From positions 32,214 through 96,213 of the forward strand of contig JBGCEM010000054.1 of NCBI GenBank assembly GCA_045106335.1: a DNA stretch of 64,000 nt. The letters run 5' to 3'. Positions within the stretch are counted from its first letter, which is position 1. Every line of letters starts with the position of its first letter. This stretch comes from Paracoccaceae bacterium. GTDB taxonomy: Bacteria; Pseudomonadota; Alphaproteobacteria; Rhodobacterales; Rhodobacteraceae. The notes beneath the pieces are model-generated. The model did no database searches and had not been told where the DNA came from. It saw only the letters and a program-made list of their open reading frames with translations. This document shows, piece by piece, positions 60,738 to 64,000 of the stretch. The translations under genes and the position numbers were made by a program.

Positions 60738-61196
60738 ATGGGGTCTGTCTATTTTTACCACCTTACCCGGACTCCGTTGGAAACAACGCTGCCGATGTTG
60801 TTGGCAAAAGCCCGCGCGGCGGCGTGGCGCGTAGAGGTGCGTGGAACAGATCCTGTGCGGATGGACTGGTTGGATGAAAAGTTGTGGATGGGGCCTGAAG
60901 ACGGGTTCCTGCCACATGGGCGTGCGGGTGGGCCGCATGATCTGGATCAGCCGATTTTGCTGACAACGGCGCCCGGATCGAAGTTTGAGTGTTTGATGTG
61001 TGTCGATGGGGCCGCGCCCGATGCAGATGAGGTTCGGGCGGCTGAACGCGCTTGCGTGCTTTTTGACGGAAATGATCCAGATGCGGTGCAAATTGCACGC
61101 GGCCAATGGAAGGCGTTGAGCGATGCGGGCTGCGCGGCACAGTATTGGTCGGAACAAAGTGGCCGTTGGGAAAAGAAAGCGGAAACAGGCGGGTAG
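60738..61196 (+). CDS. holC: DNA polymerase III subunit chi
   Basis: ATG 60738 lies 1 nt after the pepA stop. MGSVYFYHL and a length of 152 aa fit chi. The pepA-holC pairing is conserved. Confidence 0.8.
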   Translation: MGSVYFYHLTRTPLETTLPMLLAKARAAAWRVEVRGTDPVRMDWLDEKLWMGPEDGFLPHGRAGGPHDLDQPILLTTAPGSKFECLMCVDGAAPDADEVRAAERACVLFDGNDPDAVQIARGQWKALSDAGCAAQYWSEQSGRWEKKAETGG

Positions 61197-61211
61197 GGTG
61201 CGTATGTGACT

Positions 61212-61796
61212 TTACTGGCGGGTTAAGACCAAAGTGCCGTTGCTGATTTCGATTTTGTCCCAGCGCTGCAAATAGGTCATGCCAAGCAGTGATCCAAACA
61301 TCTCACCGCCATTGACGGACGCCGACAGATTGCGATCCACAATCCCGTCAATCGACACTTGGTCCAAACGAATGCCCGCTGTTCGTACTGTGCCGTTGGC
61401 GGTGTTCGCGCGGCCAAAAAACTGCAGATTTGCCACATCAATTCCCGCACGCGCGGCATCTTCCTTGGTCAAAACAATATCCGTTGCCCCGGTATCCACA
61501 ACAAACTGAACAGGCGCACCGTTCACATCGAGCGTTACGTAGTAATGTCCATCGAAATGGCGCGGCACTTCAATCCGACCTTGGCTCACAAAGGCTGTCT
61601 GTCGCGGCATGACGTCATCGCGAATATCATCCCAAACCCCCACAGCCGCGATGGCCCCAACAAAGATTAAACCCCAAATCGCAGCATGTTGCAGCGTCTT
61701 GTGCATGCGCTGCCCACCCAGCGAAACGATGCAGGCAATCAGGATCAGCGTGAGGAAAAGTGCGGGCAAAAACTGCTCGGGTCCGAAATCTGTCAT
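61212..61796 (-). CDS. membrane-anchored retropepsin-like (clan AA, TIGR02281-type) aspartic protease
   Basis: Two N-terminal TM helices followed by FVVDTGATDIVLT (the DTGA active-site motif). Confidence 0.8.
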   Translation of the reverse strand: MTDFGPEQFLPALFLTLILIACIVSLGGQRMHKTLQHAAIWGLIFVGAIAAVGVWDDIRDDVMPRQTAFVSQGRIEVPRHFDGHYYVTLDVNGAPVQFVVDTGATDIVLTKEDAARAGIDVANLQFFGRANTANGTVRTAGIRLDQVSIDGIVDRNLSASVNGGEMFGSLLGMTYLQRWDKIEISNGTLVLTRQ

Positions 61797-61841
61797 ACAC
61801 TATACATAGGGGCCAAAGCGGACTTTAAAAGGCTCGGACCG

Positions 61842-63686
61842 TTAAGCGTTTTCCGCCTTTTCCAGTTTGGCCTGCGCGTCCATCCACAAGCTTTCGGCGC
61901 GCTCAAGCCCGTTCATAACTTCGGCATATTTTCGGTTCCAGGTTTCCAACTCACCAATCCGACTGTCTTCATAAAGGGCTGGATCCGCCAGCTTGCTTGC
62001 AAGTTTGGTGCGCATATCGTCCAGCTTTTCCACCCGGCTTTCGCATTTGCGCAGTTCTGAGCGCAGAGCCAAAATCGCGTCCCTGCTTGGCTTCTTGGCT
62101 TTGGGTTTGTCCTGATCTTTCTTAGGCTTGGCGGGCGTTGCTAACAGATGATCACGGTAGGCGGACAAGTCCTGATCATAGGGCGCGACGGTGCCATCAT
62201 TGACCAGCCACAACCGATCGGCGACCAATTCTAACAGATGCATATCGTGCGTCACCAAAATCACCGCGCCTGTATAGGCGGTCAACGCCGTCACCAAAGC
62301 CTCGCGGCTTTCGATATCCAGGTGGTTGGTCGGTTCGTCCAAGATCAGCATATGCGGCGCGTCAATTGTGGCGATCAATAAGGACAGGCGCGCTTTTTGC
62401 CCCCCCGACAAGCGACCAACTTCAATTTCCGCCTGATCCGCCCCAAGGCCAAAGCCCCCCAAACGCGCGCGTGCTTTTGACGGGGTCTCGCCCGGACGCA
62501 GACGGCGCAAGTGATCCAGCGGCGTTTCGTCGATGTGCAGTTCATCCACTTGGTGTTGCGCAAAATAGCCGATACGCAGCTTAGAAGATTTCACCATTTT
62601 ACCGGCCATCAACTCTAAACGTCCAGATAACAGCTTAGACAACGTTGATTTGCCCTGACCGTTTTTGCCCAGCAAGGCGATGCGGTCATCTTGGTCGATA
62701 CGCAAATCCATGCGACGCAAAATTTCCGTTTCTCCATAACCTGTTACGCCACCTTCCAGCGCGATAATTGGAGGAGACAGATCTTCGGGATTTGGGAAAT
62801 CAAAGCGGCGCAGCGCGGCTTCTTGAGGCGTCGTAATCGGCTGCATCCGCGCCAAGGCTTTGATCCTAGACTGCGCCTGTTTCGCCTTGTCGGCTTTGTA
62901 GCGAAAGCGATCCACATAGGATTGCAGATGCGCGCGGCGTGCGTCTTGTTTTTTCGCCATTGCCGAGGCCAGGGCCAGCTTTTCCTGACGCTGTTTGGCG
63001 AACTGATCATACGGGCCCTGATAAATCGTCAACAACTTGTCTTCTAAGTGCAAAATACCGGTCACAGCGCGGTTCAAAAGTCCCCGATCATGGCTAACGA
63101 TCAAAACCGTGTGCGGATATTTGGCCAGATAATTTTCGAGCCAAAGCGCGCCTTCTAGGTCCAGATAGTTGGTCGGTTCGTCCAAAAGCAACAGATCGGG
63201 TTCGGAAAACAGCACTGCGGCTAAAGCGACACGCATCCGCCACCCGCCTGAATAGGCCGAGCAAGGTTTTTGCTGATCCGCCTCATCAAAGCCCAAACCT
63301 TTCAGGATCGTGGCGGCACGGGCTTCCGCGCTCCAGGCATCAATATCGACCAAGCGCGTTTGAATTTCTGCAATCCGATCCGGGTCTTGCGTGTCTTCTT
63401 TCAACAAGGCCGCGCGTTCAATATCTGCGGCCAGAACAGTGTTGATCAAAGACACCTCATTGGATGGCACTTCTTGCGCGACACCGCCAATGCGCATGCC
63501 AGTGGGCATTATGATCTCGCCGGATTCCAACGCCAGTTCGCCCCGGATCAGCCGGAACAAAGTGGTTTTGCCCGTCCCGTTGCGCCCCACAACGCCGATC
63601 TTGTGACCCGTGGGAATGACTGCGGACGCGCCCTCAAACAGTGGGCGACCTTCAACGGCATAGCGAATGTCAGACAATCTAAGCAT
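61842..63686 (-). CDS. ABC-F family ATPase (two ABC domains, no TM domains)
   Basis: ATG 63686 (MLRLSDIRY). Two Walker A motifs (GRNGTGKTT, GKNGQGKST), two signatures (YSGGWRMR, LSGGQKAR) and a C-terminal coiled coil. Confidence 0.88.
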   Translation of the reverse strand: MLRLSDIRYAVEGRPLFEGASAVIPTGHKIGVVGRNGTGKTTLFRLIRGELALESGEIIMPTGMRIGGVAQEVPSNEVSLINTVLAADIERAALLKEDTQDPDRIAEIQTRLVDIDAWSAEARAATILKGLGFDEADQQKPCSAYSGGWRMRVALAAVLFSEPDLLLLDEPTNYLDLEGALWLENYLAKYPHTVLIVSHDRGLLNRAVTGILHLEDKLLTIYQGPYDQFAKQRQEKLALASAMAKKQDARRAHLQSYVDRFRYKADKAKQAQSRIKALARMQPITTPQEAALRRFDFPNPEDLSPPIIALEGGVTGYGETEILRRMDLRIDQDDRIALLGKNGQGKSTLSKLLSGRLELMAGKMVKSSKLRIGYFAQHQVDELHIDETPLDHLRRLRPGETPSKARARLGGFGLGADQAEIEVGRLSGGQKARLSLLIATIDAPHMLILDEPTNHLDIESREALVTALTAYTGAVILVTHDMHLLELVADRLWLVNDGTVAPYDQDLSAYRDHLLATPAKPKKDQDKPKAKKPSRDAILALRSELRKCESRVEKLDDMRTKLASKLADPALYEDSRIGELETWNRKYAEVMNGLERAESLWMDAQAKLEKAENA

Positions 63687-63785
63687 GCGCTGCTTTTGCG
63701 CGATGCGCAGGGCGGCGTCAATCGCGGCTTTCCATAGCCGACTGCCCATGTTAGAGCGCCGCAAATTCAATCAGGAGACAGTCCC

Positions 63786-64000
63786 ATGGCACTGGAACGT
63801 ACATTTTCGATTATCAAACCCGACGCAACGCGCCGCAACCTAACTGGCAAGATCAATGCCAAGTTCGAAGATGCCGGCTTGCGCGTCGTCGCACAGAAGC
63901 GGATCCACTTGACAAAAGCACAAGCGGGCGAGTTCTACAAAGTACACGCAGAACGCCCATTTTATGATGAATTGTGCGAATTTATGGCCTCGGCGCCGAT
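63786..64000 (+). CDS. ndk: nucleoside diphosphate kinase (3' end outside the window)
   Basis: ATG 63786, with AGGAGA upstream. [21 protein letters not shown] is a canonical Ndk N-terminus. Confidence 0.93.
   Translation, partial: MALERTFSIIKPDATRRNLTGKINAKFEDAGLRVVAQKRIHLTKAQAGEFYKVHAERPFYDELCEFMASAP

Overview
This is a dense 64-kb chromosomal segment of about 60 genes. Gene order and protein families look alphaproteobacterial, probably Rhodobacterales or roseobacter-like; that assignment is inference only. I found no rRNA, tRNA, CRISPR array, transposase, integrase or prophage genes. Most of the window is housekeeping: pstC(partial)-pstA-pstB-phoU-phoB, ligA-recG, hisI, gluQ, trmFO, rplM-rpsI, metA, guaA, prfA-prmC, the conserved lptD-surA-pdxA-rsmA block with lptF-lptG, pepA-holC, an ABC-F ATPase, and ndk (partial). 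The clearly accessory part is a minus-strand block at 4.8-16.3 kb. It holds an 8.9-kb gene for a 2,981-aa signal-peptide-less adhesin-like protein: 7 FG-GAP motifs, 10+1 Calx-beta modules, a von Willebrand D domain with an intact GDPH motif, cadherin/VCBS-like modules and an RTX-like C-terminus. Directly upstream of it is a two-gene operon encoding a TIGR03032/DUF4915-like protein and a GT-B glycosyltransferase. Other points worth a second look: a tandem pair of Lin0512-like genes in front of a non-pyrrolysine MttB-family methyltransferase; an orphan terminator preceded by three small hairpins with CUGCC loops (candidate sRNA or 3'UTR element) downstream of a 42-codon membrane-peptide ORF; tandem TTTGCAAA motifs in several intergenic regions; a PPK2-TetR-PEGA lipoprotein operon; an M20 amidohydrolase plus two ureohydrolase paralogs plus DUF1499 operon; and a strong terminator hairpin about 20 nt upstream of the irr-like start codon. 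All family assignments come from reading the translated ORFs and recalling motifs. No database search was run.
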